DNA of 64,000 nt from Botryllus schlosseri (Eukaryota). The DNA lies in assembly GCA_051294905.1 (NCBI GenBank), contig CM119373.1, forward strand, positions 4,032,001-4,096,000, read 5' to 3'. Shown in pieces: positions 39,101 through 52,679 of this stretch; position 1 is the first letter of the stretch; every line of letters starts with the position of its first letter. The position numbers and the translations under genes are program-made. The notes below the pieces were generated by a model. That model saw only the letters and a program-made list of their open reading frames with translations, was not told where the DNA came from and did no database searches.

Positions 39101-42100
39101 AACTTTAAATGTTCCTATCGTTAAATCACAATTATATGCCGTTTCACGGAATGCCGTACAAACCCACATATTCCCGCATATCAGATATGGATGCAATCGA
39201 CGAACCATTCTGCAGCACAAAGGTAATAGTATTCATTTCCGTTTACGCGTGTAGGAAGAATCATGTATGAACTTTGCAGTTACGGTATATAACCAGCGCT
39301 CATTGTTAGGAAAACGATGCATGTTTGCGGCACCAAGTGTTCATCGTTAGGGGTATATTCTACTACGGGACCTAATAATCTCGATCAAAGGCAGCGACCT
39401 AAGATACATGATTCAAGAATTGGTGTCGATGAACATATTGAAGTTGAATGTGTCAGGTAGGACTATGTCGTGTAATTGGGACATTGCCCGCGCTGTAACA
39501 CATACTATAATACAGAGGTCTCAAACGTACTCGCGGGCCTATTTCCTAGTTTTTGCTGATGTCACGGGCCGCATCATCAATAATAGGGTTATTCAATGTA
39601 TAATTTCCAAGTAGGCCTTATTTGGCGGGACCTTATAGACTGGCATTCCAGAAACATCGTGGAAATGTAAATTGTAAATTACTATTTTACTAATCACGCT
39701 TGACACGGAAAAAATCACATTTACAAATATTTGAATTAAATTGTGTTCCAGGCATAATTTGTTTAAATAATGAGTTACAGTCATCATGCGAGAGGTTGCA
39801 TCATGACATCGTAAAACTGTAGGGTTATAATGTTGCGGCTAGGGAACTTTTGACATGCCACAATTTTATGTAAATCTACTGAAGATTGATCTGATATCAG
39901 AGCATTTGAGCGGTGTAGCCTAATCATGGATTCTATAAAGTCGTGTTGTTACTGTCATTGTCAAAGTCAAATTAAATCAGCGTTAGATTACGCCTTCTAA
40001 CAATACTGGAACATATCAATAACAACTTAAATATAATCATTATCGAGTCATAGTAATAACATTGCTTCGTAACCTTTTTAGCGATCGTACCCCTTGTGCT
40101 TTCAATAAGATTTCTCGTAGCCCTGTCCATTTTCAACACAATTTCTGACGGTACCTACATTGAAATCAGAAACCCCATTAACATAAAATCGCGTGCAGCG
40201 CGAAGACTATTTGACAGTTGAATGAATTCACCAGGAAAATATTTCATGGCATGATGTAGTGAATCGTACCCTGATGGGGTCTACGCACCCTGGTTAAGAA
40301 GAACCTCTGGAATAGAAATGTCCAATCGCCGATGAATTCATTGGTATTACAGCTATAGAGCGTGGTATTACCTTACTTGCCACCGATAATAACATGGATA
40401 AAGAGAGAAAACAACACCTAGCATGTAACCAACTATACGTCACGGGGGTTAGAGAATACCAATGATCGCCATACTGACCTGATTAGATAGCTATATACAC
40501 TCCGCAACGCAAGCCTACCTTTTAATATATTACTATTCCCCATGAAAGATTCATAGATTGTTGCGTCCGTAGGATTACCAAGTCACTGTTCTGAGTCACA
40601 AGTCCTCTGATTTTAACGTTTTACCCCAGTCATTCATTATTTAATCACGCAGTTAATCCGAAATCTATAAATTTTGCGAGAGGTGGGGACCAAACCCAAT
40701 CACAATTTTCCGTCACGAATCTTTACCGGGCCATGTTTTATCATAATGAATTAGGAATGTGACATATGAGATAATCTTCTACCGCATGGGAACTTTTAAA
40801 AGTGATTTGATAGTGAAGTTTGTTGAGGTTTCAGTGATTTTCATAGTAGGCTATTTTTAGCGTGTACTTCAATTTCTTATGTCTAAAAAAGATATATGAC
40901 ACTTGCATAGATTTTGAATCCTTGAAATTCCGACATACCGTCGTGGGTCACACAAAATGCTTTCGCAGGCCGCTTGTTTGTGACCTCTTCTATAATAAGT
41001 TTCACAAACTATACCGTTTGTTCGTCATACTGAATCAGTTCTGTTGCGTATTAGGCACGGGTCACGATTACAATGCGTTGAATGCAGTAGGTGAATCCTG
41101 GCCATTTCATACGCAGAGAATGCCTAACTTTGTGTACGGAAACAACTATTCACTATATGACTATATGCTGCTTTGTACTATTATAAAATTGCAAATGACG
41201 CCATTTGTTTGGATTTCAGAATGATTGTTACCATTTATATACTGTATGTGCTTGTGCAACGGTGGAAAGCGGTGAAATTGTGGATTTACAGATATTCACC
41301 ATGGCGTGGGGTGGGGTGTGGATCGGGTTTGTGGCACTTTTTGTTACAGCATGAAACTTTCACGACAGTACCCATATCGAATACATCGTGGGTGCGGAGC
41401 AATTCGCAGACGCATTTTAGTTGTAAGTCGGTCTCCAAACATATACCCGTTGGTTTACATCAGTGCTCCCCCAACTTTTTGTTTGCTTTTACCGTTTCGA
41501 GCATTTTACTGAGCTAACGTACCGCCTCGTTATATCGACCGGAACAGAGGCTGATATCCCGAAAGTGCTGAAAGCCGAGATCGGTTTGGCGCGAGTTGCA
41601 TGACGTGAAGGCAAGATTTGGTAGGCTGATTTGATGGTAACCTTTTGAAATCGTGACAAGACTTGATAATTTTATCTACTTTTTAAGGAATTATATTTGC
41701 TCATAAAAGTTCGTCCATTGTAATAAAATAAGCTCTGCGAGGGTTTGAGGGTATATGAAGCTCTCTTGGCTTGACTCGCGGTTGAGCAATGGTCACCATC
41801 GATGCACGTCTGATAAATTTCAACCACGGGCCATAGTCGAGAATACGAAGCGAACAATCGAACGTACTAGATTGTTTGTGGAATCAGGTCATTGCTACAT
41901 CGATGATACTCAGTAGCCGGGACCACGAAACCCAACGTTACTCGGATGCAAAGCAAATTAAAAATTGTGATCTAAATAATTTTTCAGTTCATAAATGTAT
42001 AGGTTGACGTGCCATCACCTGAGATGTTCCCTTGCACAACTAGTATTTAATGATCCAAATAAACCCTCATTCACTGTTCCCCCTATGCTGTGCGCGTGCG

Positions 42101-43283
42101 CGGCCGCGCACTGAAAGTCGAAATGATGACTTTGTTTTAGTCGTTGCTCACTGTTGTAAAAGGGACCGCGCAGTGAGTTTATATATGCGTGCAGACTCGT
42201 GAAAAATTAGAGGAAACATTGCTCTCATTCCCAGATATAGACTGAGGTGACGTCTGTGTGGAGAAGAGTGTATGGCTGGTAATATATGTAAACATAACCC
42301 ACCCATCCCATGTATATTGCCAATAGAGGATATGTGCCAGGTATGTCCCAGACAGAAGTATAAATTTGAACATTATTCATTTCCTATACTGTTGCTGCAT
42401 TTAGGTTTTTTCGAAGTTGGAAATTGAAACATTTTTTTCGACACCGGGCCAAATTGGATAATATAGGACACCAGGAAAATGTGTAGTTTGGAGCCTTTCC
42501 GAATAATTAAAAAATTAATTGATTCATAGTTCACGTTGCCGCGTCTGCATCTACTTGCGTGTAACTATATTGACTATTTTGGCACCCTATGGATATCACA
42601 TGATTAGGATTTAGTTGAAATACATTTATGTCATTTCAGCATGCAACAATTCTGTCGTCATCTTTCCGAATGAAGATCACGAAGACTACGTTCTGTATCA
42701 ACGTACTCTGCCGGGTATGGCGTCCTCAACCGTTTGTTTCTGGATACGATCAGTACATAAAATCAAGCCGGCAAAGGGATCAATTCTAAGTTACTGCACG
42801 TCGGGGGCGCCAGCCTGCAATACCATCGCAGCTTTTTTGGAGGGGACAAAAATCAGAATGATTATAAATGGCGAAACGAAGAACTTTGATATGACTAGAA
42901 AAATTATTGATAGGACATACACGTGTTTAGTCATGTCCAATAATTCGGCAAGAATCTACATCAATGGTACCAAGATCGAAAACATATATGATATTCCAGC
43001 AGCAGTTGCTGAAGATGGGGTGCTCATATTTGGGCAAAATCAAGATGGTAATATCAATGGTGATACTCCTGGGAAACCGGTAGATTCTGACCAGGGTTTT
43101 TACGGCGAGATCGGTGGGATCCATATCTGGGATAGAGTTCTCAACGAATCTCAGATTAACCGTGCGACGAGCTCCATACGGTGTGGCCCTGTGGATGATG
43201 CGTTCGCGATTATCAGCCAATCGAATGCATGTGTGAAAGGTCAAGTGACAACTGACTTTATAGAAACTTGCTCGAATGTGTAA
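27102..43283 (+). CDS. 5'-incomplete gene: Thr-rich linker, 3 EGF (2 cbEGF-like) and a pentraxin domain; join(27102..27111?,27211..27363,35787..35909,38238..38360,38431..38553,42640..43283)
   Basis: All junctions are GT-AG and phase 1 in one open frame. Three 123-nt six-Cys EGF exons; terminal pentraxin exon; AATAAA at 43513. Confidence 0.8.
27211..27363 (+). CDS. Helical plus Thr-rich linker exon ([16 protein letters not shown]...[14 protein letters not shown])
   Basis: Acceptor ATTTCAG, donor GTAAGC, phase 1-1, compatible with EGF exon 1. Confidence 0.65.
27385..27614 (-). mobile_element. tRNA-derived SINE copy, internally deleted
   Basis: Collinear with 24052-24334, including the head. 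Confidence 0.8.
27626..28270. mobile_element. Left part of a composite hAT MITE, inverted homolog of 54060-54719
   Basis: CAGGGGCGGGCAACATACGGCCC end, then the same SINE fragment and internal CAGGGGTCGCCAACTCAAAA end as the 53836 copy. Confidence 0.78.
28941..32578 (-). mobile_element. Full-length hAT transposon, hATm-like (3638 bp)
   Basis: 130-bp TIRs starting TAGGGTTGTTCAGAATTGACCG with 2 mismatches by eye; perfect 8-bp TSD GTGGACGT. Confidence 0.95.
29477..31818 (-). pseudogene. hATm-type DDE transposase, disrupted
   Basis: Motifs [51 protein letters not shown]. Frameshifts near 31805 and 30875; in-frame stops at 29751-29753 and 29520-29522. Confidence 0.92.
33543..33736. mobile_element. 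hAT-type MITE (14568 family)
   Basis: CTATGTTCC / GGAACATTG ends; perfect TSD CTGACAAG. Confidence 0.88.
33900..34189. mobile_element. hAT-type MITE nested in an older MITE that ends at 34889
   Basis: CAGTGGTTTTCAAACT / AGTTTGAGAACCACTG; TSD TTCTAAGA/TTCTAAGG. Confidence 0.82.
35787..35909 (+). CDS. EGF exon 1 ([40 protein letters not shown])
   Basis: Six-Cys EGF spacing, AAG acceptor, GTAAAA donor. Confidence 0.9.
36885..37989. mobile_element. hAT-type non-autonomous element
   Basis: TAGGGTTACCATA / TATGGCAACCCTA; perfect TSD GTATAGTA; subterminal ATTCCGGAC repeats. Confidence 0.88.
38238..38360 (+). CDS. EGF exon 2, calcium-binding type ([41 protein letters not shown])
   Basis: D-x-D-E-C and C-x-N-T-x-G-S-F-x-C consensus; CAG/GTTAGT splice sites. 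Confidence 0.93.
38431..38553 (+). CDS. EGF exon 3, cbEGF-like ([41 protein letters not shown])
   Basis: Follows a 70-nt intron; EGF consensus; donor GTTCGT. Confidence 0.93.
42072..42221. mobile_element. hAT-type MITE (14568 family, deleted copy)
   Basis: Similar ends and body; TSD CCCTCATT/CTCTCATT. Confidence 0.82.
42640..43283 (+). CDS. Pentraxin-domain terminal exon
   Basis: FP...[44 protein letters not shown] motifs; acceptor ATTTCAG. Confidence 0.92.
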
Positions 43284-43512
43284 TTCAATACACATCGGTT
43301 CAAATCTACGTAGAAATACTTGTAGTTGTTTGTTTTGTCTCGCCGAACACACTTCAGGGAATTTCAGATGTCAGTGCGATTCAGCTGTTTGCAATGATGA
43401 TTTATATTAGCCTAATCGAGAAGAGCCGTTCTCAAACACTTTTAGTCATCCCTCCTTGATAACAGTGAAAAATGTCCCCCTTTTTTCGTGCAACCAAAAT
43501 GTTTGTAATCCT

Positions 43513-43518
43513 AATAAA
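43513..43518 (+). terminator. Probable polyadenylation signal of the EGF-pentraxin gene
   Basis: AATAAA 230 nt after the stop codon. Confidence 0.5.
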
Positions 43519-43728
43519 TAGTTTGATGGCATATAAAGTTAAGACTGTTGAGAGACTTCCCAAATATGAAATTCGGCTACACACAGAGCAGTATTGACGA
43601 GAATGATTCAATGGAGTACTTTTGGGCTGTCATTAAATGCGCTTCATAAGAGTGACTTACGACAGAATGTGCCCTAAATGAGTATACTTGGAGTGGTTAC
43701 TTCGATATTGTAACCACTCTGATTTAAT

Positions 43729-44563
43729 CAGGGGTGGGCAAACTTTTTGCCATTCACGGCCGCATTTCGATTTCTGATGACGGCCGCATTCCAAGACATA
43801 GCGGTAATGAACTAGCTGGCCGACAACTACCCATGGTAACGTGTTCATGTCCAATTCCGGTGAAGTCCGGATTAATGTGCTTTTTATATAGGCTTACTAT
43901 ATGCACCCAAATCGCTAGTGGTCGTCTAATGAATAGCTAGTGGAATGCGGCGTTTTCGCGCGAACCGGGATATTTTTTTCGGATTCACGAATGAATTTCG
44001 TGATAAATATTAGCAGATTCACATATTACTATCAAATATCTATTCTTTCTCAGCCCATATAATCAGATTCACTGATACAGATGATGGAGGAAGTATTTTT
44101 GAAAATTCCGGGCAAGGTATAAATTATGATGGATATTCGGGTGGGCTGATTGTTATTGGTCACTTTGTTGCATGATGTTGCTTCTTGACCTCACATCAGG
44201 ATGTCTGTATCGCCCAAATCACCCAAACGTACCAGGCAAATTTCTTCCGTGATTAGCACACGATTCCAAGTTCATATTTATATATATATTTCATAATTTC
44301 CCCAGCTGCTGTTTGCATCTGTACTGTGAGCTCAAATTGGAAAGGGCGATATCATATTAAGGTCGAAAAACGAAGAGTTTGATTGAACGACATTGAATCG
44401 CGCACGGCGCGAAGAAAATTTTAAGATTTGTCAAAACTTTCAAATATTCGACAGTCAATTCGCAAATTCCATTTACCTGTCGACGGGCGCCAGCGCATAC
44501 TAATTAAATTACTTGTAACGGCCACACAATCTGCGTTCCACGGTCGTAGGTTACCCATCCTTG
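43729..44563. mobile_element. hAT MITE (family also at 52130-60449 and 60865-61322)
   Basis: CAGGGGTGGGCAAAC / GTTACCCATCCTTG ends; body collinear with the other copies. Confidence 0.8.
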
Positions 44564-46174
44564 ATTTACATCCTTGTTTGTTGGATTCAAAAGGCATACT
44601 ATAAAATACATGTGACATGCCCTTATAAGGGAATATCTTATTTCTCCATGACTTTGCACTTTACGCACTATACACGAATGCTTGACAACCATACCATAAA
44701 GACATTAGCTAATAGCAACACCTATCGCCAGTTATCATAATGCAGATACATATTCTGATCGGTGCCAGCTCCGACATCAGTCTAAAATATAAATCTAACG
44801 TCTGTGTAGGGATTGTGCCACGCACTTATAGCATTTGGAATCGTGATATAATTTGGATTTTTGCCGTTGTTGAAAATCGGCAGTTTCATTACATATTTAA
44901 CTCCTTCCTAGTTCAAGAATCATCATTCTTCTCAGGCGGCTTGGCGTCTCTCTCAGATGCTTCCACTCATCCCCCCGTTTGACAACCACTGCTGTTGAAT
45001 TTTGTTTAATTTCCGAAAATAATTCTAATTTTGCCGTGATTTGGAATGATTATATATAGGCCTACGAATTTTCAAGTTTTCTCTAAACTGAAATAGAATA
45101 TATGCTTCGTATTTACTGATTCCATGAAGTCATATATTACTGTTACTGTACATTATAAAATCATAAAGCATATCGGTCATTTCTTTTCTGCATTTTTCTT
45201 ATATTAAGTAATTGTAGCGCTTATCTATCGCCTTATCAGTTTTCTTTTGCGTCATGATAATGAATGTTGTAATGTTAATTGGTGTTTGACTTTGGTACTC
45301 TTTTCGGACAACTTCCAGTCACGCATCTATTTATCATCTAAATCTCTCTCGCTGGCATGTGTCCTCATCAGTGTCTTTTGCTGCATATTTAAGGGGCTAG
45401 CCAGTGCTTCTCAACTTTTTTCAGTTCGCGTCCCAATTTTCATCCAAATTTCATTGCGCGGCCCACCAGACACCCTTTCGCGACACACATTCAAACCACT
45501 GCTCCTGGGCGCCAGTTTTTATGTTTTCAGTGCGCTACAGTTATCTCGTCGCGCCTAGTAGTACAAAAACACCATGAATACCACATACAAAAACAGACAA
45601 TAAAGCGATTATTCAATCAGCAATTCGTCTATTACGTCAAATTAACGGGTTATGAGGAACTTGATTTGCGATAATTGGGCTGGATTGCTGCATTTCCCGA
45701 TCTACGTTCGTAAAGACTTTGAAGAAAGAATGAATTTCAATCTCACGCATCCACAATAACGCACTGTCGGATTTCACGCTCCAATCAATATGATTGTGAC
45801 GAAAATCTGATTGACGAAAGTCAAATCCATCGTTGTGTAGATGATCTTGGGTAAAAGGCATTGGTTTACTCTGAATTCGTAATAATGTTGAGGAGTCGGT
45901 GTTAATGTATTTTCTACAACATATACTATTGCCCTCTTCATCTTCCACTACACCTTATATCGTAGCATCATTCGAAATCAGATCAGGCAGGGACGTAAAG
46001 CTGCAACTGGAATTCCAGGGGAGTGGATAATTGGCTGTAAAGCAGAGTCAATGTTGAGGAAGTGCTTTGACTTTTTTTTCAACCTTACATCTCATTCATG
46101 TAAAAACATAAATCACCATGGTGGCTCTTTAGCTCCCACAAAACCACGGGGATTACAAATTAAATCATTTTGAC

Positions 46175-48568
46175 CCGTGGTTCTCAAACTTTTTGTCCTC
46201 GCGGACCCATTTTGGAGCGTCACGGACACCCGCGGACCCCCCAAAATTTAGTTCAAATTAAGCTCTATATTACCGTGGAACCGGCATGATGTCCTGTGCA
46301 AATATCAGCTGTGGGCTAGTGATAAACAGCCACAAAATGACCATTCTTGAAAATAACGTCACAGGCTATGATTCATAGCCTACTACTTGCAGATATTGAG
46401 AATACTTTTATCATTTCAAATCTAATTCTGAAGCTACATTTCTCGAAATACCAGGTCGTGTCTGGGAAATACGCGTCGTGTATTAGATATGAACGAGTCC
46501 CGAAAGTCCATTGCCACAAAGACAGGTGGCGGCGAATGAAATAATAACGCGCAACCCCTCCGACGACACCTTTGGGTATGATCGCGACTTAAATGCCATC
46601 GAAATTGAGAAACATATTTTTAGTGAACATACAACGTATACCATAGTCATTTCTATCCAGCAGCTCCTCTTATTGTTATTCTGGAATAGCGGTTAGGCAT
46701 ATTACAGTTGAAAATGGATTTTTGCAAACAAATTTTATCCAAAACATCTCTGAACACCAATATGTTTGTATTAGCAGGCTATTGGCCATTTGGAAATTAA
46801 AATGTGTTTGCACAGCAGAGTTGGATCAATTGTAATTTGTAATTGTAATTGAATGTAATTAATTACATTTTTCAATGTAATTGTAATGTAATTGTAATTG
46901 AAGCATTTTTATTTTGTGTAATTGTAATTGTAATTGTAATTTGACAAAAATTTTGCTCAATTACAATTTCAATTACATTAAATTGCTATTGAGACCTGAC
47001 AAGCACAACATAAAACAATTGACTTATAATGCATTCTCTTTAAATGTCGACAAGGAATTTGGTGGATCCATTCTCGGAAGCCCTTGACTGCGCCCTTGCG
47101 GGCGAAGTTTTTTTTTATTTTCACCGCCATGCTGGCCTCGGCTACCATTGTATACAATTTTTAGATTACTAACCAACGGATGGATTCGCAACACGTGAAT
47201 CACGATTGAATACGCCGAGAAGCAAACTGCTGAGCCGGCTAAAAGCAGCAGAATTGATATTCCCATAGCTGGCGATCCAAGCGTCGAAATTTGATATTTA
47301 TGGTCCTAATCGAAAGCTAGTGTCGCACTGATTCCGCAATAAAAGTATATTTCCAGGCAATGGTACCATCCCAAAATAGTCGTGAAAGTCTGGGAATCGG
47401 CATTGTTCTGAACAATCGCTGGGCGTAATTGGTAATTGCTGTGGTCATGCTGCTGCAGCGCTCTCACTTTTCAGAACAGTCGGCCTTAAACGGCTAATTT
47501 GGAGCAGTTACATTGCCCTGACTAGATTTTATTTTGTATTTTCGGAATTAGTACATCAATAGCTTACGATAAAGACCAGATGCATCAAATTTGGACACAT
47601 GTATCGCCAGCTCTAGGACTACAAAGTTTGCTGCTTTTAGCCGGCTCTGCAGTATGTTTGTCGGTGCATTCATCCGTGACTCACATCTTGCGCATCTATC
47701 AGTGGGTTGGCAATCTACATTACGATTTCAGATCACGATGCTGCATCGTTATTTCGTCTGGCTAACTAACCAGACCACTGGATATTATATAACGTCTTAT
47801 CTGACAAAGCACGGTTTTGTTTTCACTCCTCATCCTAATTCCTACGTCCCTCGATAAAAATAATATTATTTCTTTAATTATATACTATAGACGCAAATCC
47901 AACACGTGCATATATTATAATACTTTTTCAACGACATACTGCACCCTATCCTTAATCCTAACCCATAGGAAATTAGGCAAATAACATTTTACATTTCCAA
48001 AGACGTGAGCCATAATTACCGAGCATTCAAAACACGCTTATATTACGCCATAATGACATCTCACATAGCATACTATGTACGCACATAAACGCATTTATTA
48101 CTACACAATCTGAACTAGACTTGAATTGTTGTTAAATACAACGCTACGGTTGTCAAGGAGCACGGTTGAATTTATGATTATTAAATTACATGTTCAACAT
48201 CAGCAATTGTAATTGTAATTGTAATGTAATTGAAGCATGCAAGGAGTAATTGTAATTGTAATTGTAATTTGATATTTTTAGCATGGAGTAATTGTAATTG
48301 TAATGTAATTTAAACATTCATGAAAGTAATTGTAATTGTAATTGTAATTGAACTGAAATAATGTAATTGATCCAACTCTGTTGCACAGTAGAATATTTCA
48401 TCTCAGACGGCTATTCTAATTATACGAGTTGAGATTTTAGCAATTATGAGGTGAAGCGAAACTATCATGTGATTAAAAAAAAATACAAATCAAGTTATCA
48501 ACGATTTTGCAAATTTGGAGGCTTCGCGGACCCGTAGGGGTCCGCAGACCCCCGGTTGAGAACCGCTG
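46175..48568. mobile_element. hAT MITE with a nested element
   Basis: CCGTGGTTCTCAAAC / GGTTGAGAACCGCTG; TSD ATTTTGAC/ATTTAGAC. Confidence 0.78.
46816..48380. mobile_element. hAT-type element with (GTAATT)n subterminal arrays
   Basis: TIR CAGAGTTGGATCAATT; perfect TSD TTGCACAG. Confidence 0.9.
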
Positions 48569-50279
48569 ATTTAGACTTTACCTTGCGTCCGTATAAGCGC
48601 GAAGTTGCAGCCTATACTGGTGAACCGTTTGCGGTGCCCGGCGATTATTTTGATCTGCCACCGCTATGCCAAAGTACTCCTTGTAAGTGCACTTGGTTAC
48701 ATTTCACATATTGACTCGCTTCATGTTCAGCGTGTTCTCGTAACATATGTAGCAAAACAAATCCAGGTCATTACGACACTTTCTCTGTTTAGCTTTATCA
48801 CTCATTTTTTTACATAGATTACTTAAAACACCCATGAATTGTAATTTCTGAATATGATAGCAAGTGAGAGTATCTAATATTACAGAGCGTCAGAAAGCGT
48901 TTTAAATTTGAGCCCACTAATCATCGATGATGAGATAAGTGTCATTTGACACATTTCTGTAGCTCAAATCAGGGGTTGGTAATTGACGTAATCTGTTGGA
49001 AAAATAGTCTCTGAATGATAATTTTCTGGATAAAACTATCTGTTACTTTACCAGTGCACTAGAACGCACATGTTAGTACTAGATGGGAGATGATATAAAC
49101 TGATCTAAGCACATACTCCCCTCCTTGAGCACTAGTTAACCTGTATTACCCACACACATACTATTTGTCATGGCATATGTAAGAAGAGGCAATATCTCAA
49201 AAAATAAAGCAAATTCGGTAAAAGTAATGTCATTTTCGACTCATCGCCCCTGATATACCCCTATCCTACATGTGTACACGTGCATCACGCTCGGCGTAAA
49301 GCTCACCCTTAACTCATCCGCTCAAGCTTGATGCTGAGCCATCAAAGGCCATATATTCTACCATCCGCAAACATCTGTTCGATAATCCGACTTGTGCGAA
49401 TAATTATGGAGCCGACAGATTTCGCGTCGTCGGAAGGGCCGTTCACACTTTTATTTCTGTGCCTTGGAGTCGATTTTCATCAAAATGCACCAACCAAAAC
49501 TCTGTCAACAAAAGGAGTTCGTGTACCACCTAAAACTTGTACATTGAACGTTTTCATATTCGAAATGACAAGTGAAATGTAGTGTTGATGTCATATTCTG
49601 TGATACGATTGTTGATATGCAATGTTAATTATAATTCTCTACTAATTGCTGACGATTACCCCTGCCGAGTGTCAGCCGGAAATATTGGGGTTCATTTCAA
49701 TGTGAAAATACTATTGAATTGTATATTGCAGTTCTGTACCTCCAAGAAGCTCTTCAAAAATAATCTATATTTTATCTTGATTCACTAAATAATTTTGAGC
49801 CCCCTTCGAGCTCGGCCCCTCCAATTGGAGGGTTTGGGGTGCGGCAGTTACGGTCCTGGCCCCAATATTAAAATAAAGAATATAGTCCTGGTGTAAATGA
49901 TCGTTGCAGTCGAAAACACCATGAATACCACAAACCAACCAACCAAGAGTATAATAATATCTCAATTCCAAAGTGTAGGAAGTTTGCGCTTGTCCATCAA
50001 TTAAGTAAATGAAACATCAACTTTTACATTGATTTAGAAAGTTGGAACGTATATTGCTGTATGGTATCGAAAAAGAGAGTTTATGGTCTACTTTGGCTCA
50101 AGTCTGGCACGAAAGTATTTATAAGTTTAAGTATAGCCTACTACTCTTACGGATACTTTTTATGTAAAAACAACGTAGACTTTTAGACAAACATGCTTCA
50201 ATTCCTACGATACAATTAAGCGACATTTAGCTCTATAATAGTTACTATATAGCAAAAAGTCAGTCCGTTTTAGCCAGAT

Positions 50280-51170
50280 CTGCCCGAGTTGATTTTCCGT
50301 TTTTCAAGTGGAGATGCCAGCTATCGTTAATGCCCTATCGTGGATAATCAATCATGGCAGTCGAACCGATAAATATGTTATTCTGACAGACTGTCTTAGT
50401 TTTCTTAATACAATCGTTACCCCGAACCGCACACCGAGCAGAACGTTCAATAAGATTTTCCCTCTATTCCTGCAGTTGGTAGGAAGTGGCATCGACGTTG
50501 CCTTCTCCGGGGTTCCAGGACATAGTGGCATTCTCGGCAATGAGGTTGCAGATGAACTTGCACGTTCCACTGCCGATTTTGCATTTGACAGTCAAGAAGT
50601 AGGCTACCTCAAATTACCTATAGGGATGTTAAAAACGAAGTACGCAAATACGTCCGAACTGAGTGGCAGACCGAGCATCGTTCCACAGAGACGGAAACTA
50701 CTACAAACGTTTCCACCAAACGGTACAAACGACGTTTCCCTCAATGCACAGATCGCGTTTTTATGAAACGATAATATTCCGTCTCCGATCCGGCCATTGT
50801 CGCCTGAAAGGACATTTATTTAAAATAGGATGCAGCGACACGCCATTGTGTGACTTATGCCTCGTACCCGAGAATGAGGATCACTTCCTCCTCGCATGCC
50901 CAAAATATGATTTGAACCGAGCATATTTAATTGATTTCTGCTTGACCTTGAAAGTTGAGTTCACCACAGATAACCTTCTCGTACGGCCAGAGCTTCTATC
51001 GCCTCTCGTTGAGTTCGTCCTGGCCAGCAATGTGCTGATTTAGGCAAATTTCTTTTTAGGTAAACGATTTGCGACACGTAATACGAAATTTCCTGCCGAG
51101 GCGCACCAGACCGATAAGGTGATGAGCGCCGCAATGTTTCATTTTCACAATTAATATTAACAATATTAAT
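50280..51170 (+). mobile_element. 5'-truncated non-LTR retrotransposon (I-group-like): RNase H, C-terminal Cys/His finger and 3' UTR
   Basis: ILTDCLS and VPGHSGILGNEVADELA (RNase H); after a frameshift, RLRSGH..CDLC..E..DHFLLACPKY; AT-rich tail. Confidence 0.9.
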
Positions 51171-52679
51171 ATAGCACAAAGTCGCATTTCCGTCAAAGAA
51201 TACCGGACAATCACAATAGAGGTATTGATCTTTCTCAGGACTATGCGAACCCCACCAACCATTCTGAAACTTCAATAGAATCTCGTACCTGATATCCAAA
51301 AGGCAGCACTAAATGAAGTTTGTATTGTTACATTTGAGTTCCATACGTTTGTTGTAATTTGATTTCGGTCTAATTTTGAGTTATGAAGGTCCACCGGTCC
51401 GCGAGGTCAAATATCTTGCGGACACTGATCTAAACTCTAAATAGTCTTTCGACACTTGTATGTGATGGCGTCGGGCGAAATTCCGACGAGGAAACAATTT
51501 GCTCTCAAACTAAAAGCAGTGTGTTTAAAGTAACGACTGCGTGGAACCTGTATTTATGATTGCCAGTACGACAGCCTTTTCCGTAAACAGTCGATTCGCA
51601 GAAATCATCGGCGGTAATTATTTTAAACTCATGATGACGCGTATTCAAAATATAATCTCCTCATTCGATAACTGTTGTTAGCAGCAACTTTTAATAAGAC
51701 AGATACTTTCGTACAGACAGGATGGCCACGTTTCGATTGTTCTTGGCGGCTTTGAAATTGACTGCAATGTTTATGGCAGTTGCAAGTTCATCTGGTGAGT
51801 GGTATGATTATAACGGTATTTTGCCATTCTGTTGAATGTCTGTCCGTCTCCAGTTATAATATTTACATTTTAGCACCACCATGGTTGATAAGGAACACAA
51901 GTATAGCACGTAATGAAATTACAATAATAATAATACATCTTCGCACAAATGCTCGCCCGTTGTTAGTTGTTGTAATCGCATAAAATTATTCATCGACATT
52001 TGTGACTATCGTTCCCTAATACCAGAATGCCATGGTGTATAGGCATGGTTTACCGAAAAGATGCACTTTTAGCAGTTCAGATTCATCCTTCGTTTGCAGA
52101 GTGTGTTATTTTTCGAGTTTCCATTAGTACAGGGATGGTTAACCCGCGGCCGTAGAAGGAGATTGTGCGGCTATGGACACGCAATCCAATTAGTATGTGT
52201 TGGCGGCCGCCGACATGCAAATTAAATTTACGAATTGACTTCCGAATTTTAGAGAGATTTCAAATAATCTTGAAGTTTTCTTCGCGCTGCGCGCGATTCA
52301 ACGTTACTTCAATTTTAGATCTCCATACACTGTAAATAAAAAAGGTGTACCTCCACACCTCCAGCGGTGGTACAAGCAAAAACACCCCATACACCCGTGG
52401 GGGTGATTTTCAACATAACTCACCCACATCCTAAGGTGACCAAGACGCCTTTACATCCCTTAGCATCGCCGCCTATATGGGTGTATTTTTAGCTACCTCA
52501 CCTTTGCTGGGCGCTACAGATTCCACAAAATTGGCTCAGTTTTCAACCATATATTATTACAGCAACAATTGAATTTTGGCAATAAATAAATAAACGGAAA
52601 TAACTCGATATAGCATAACAGAAGTGGCAGTATTAAAGGACTCCAATCAGATCATGCCTGCTACATCAATTGTTTCGAA

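Noticed and set aside
41280..41860. Additional exon between EGF3 and the pentraxin exon
   Set aside because: No phase 1-1 open exon with convincing splice sites or domain signature was found.
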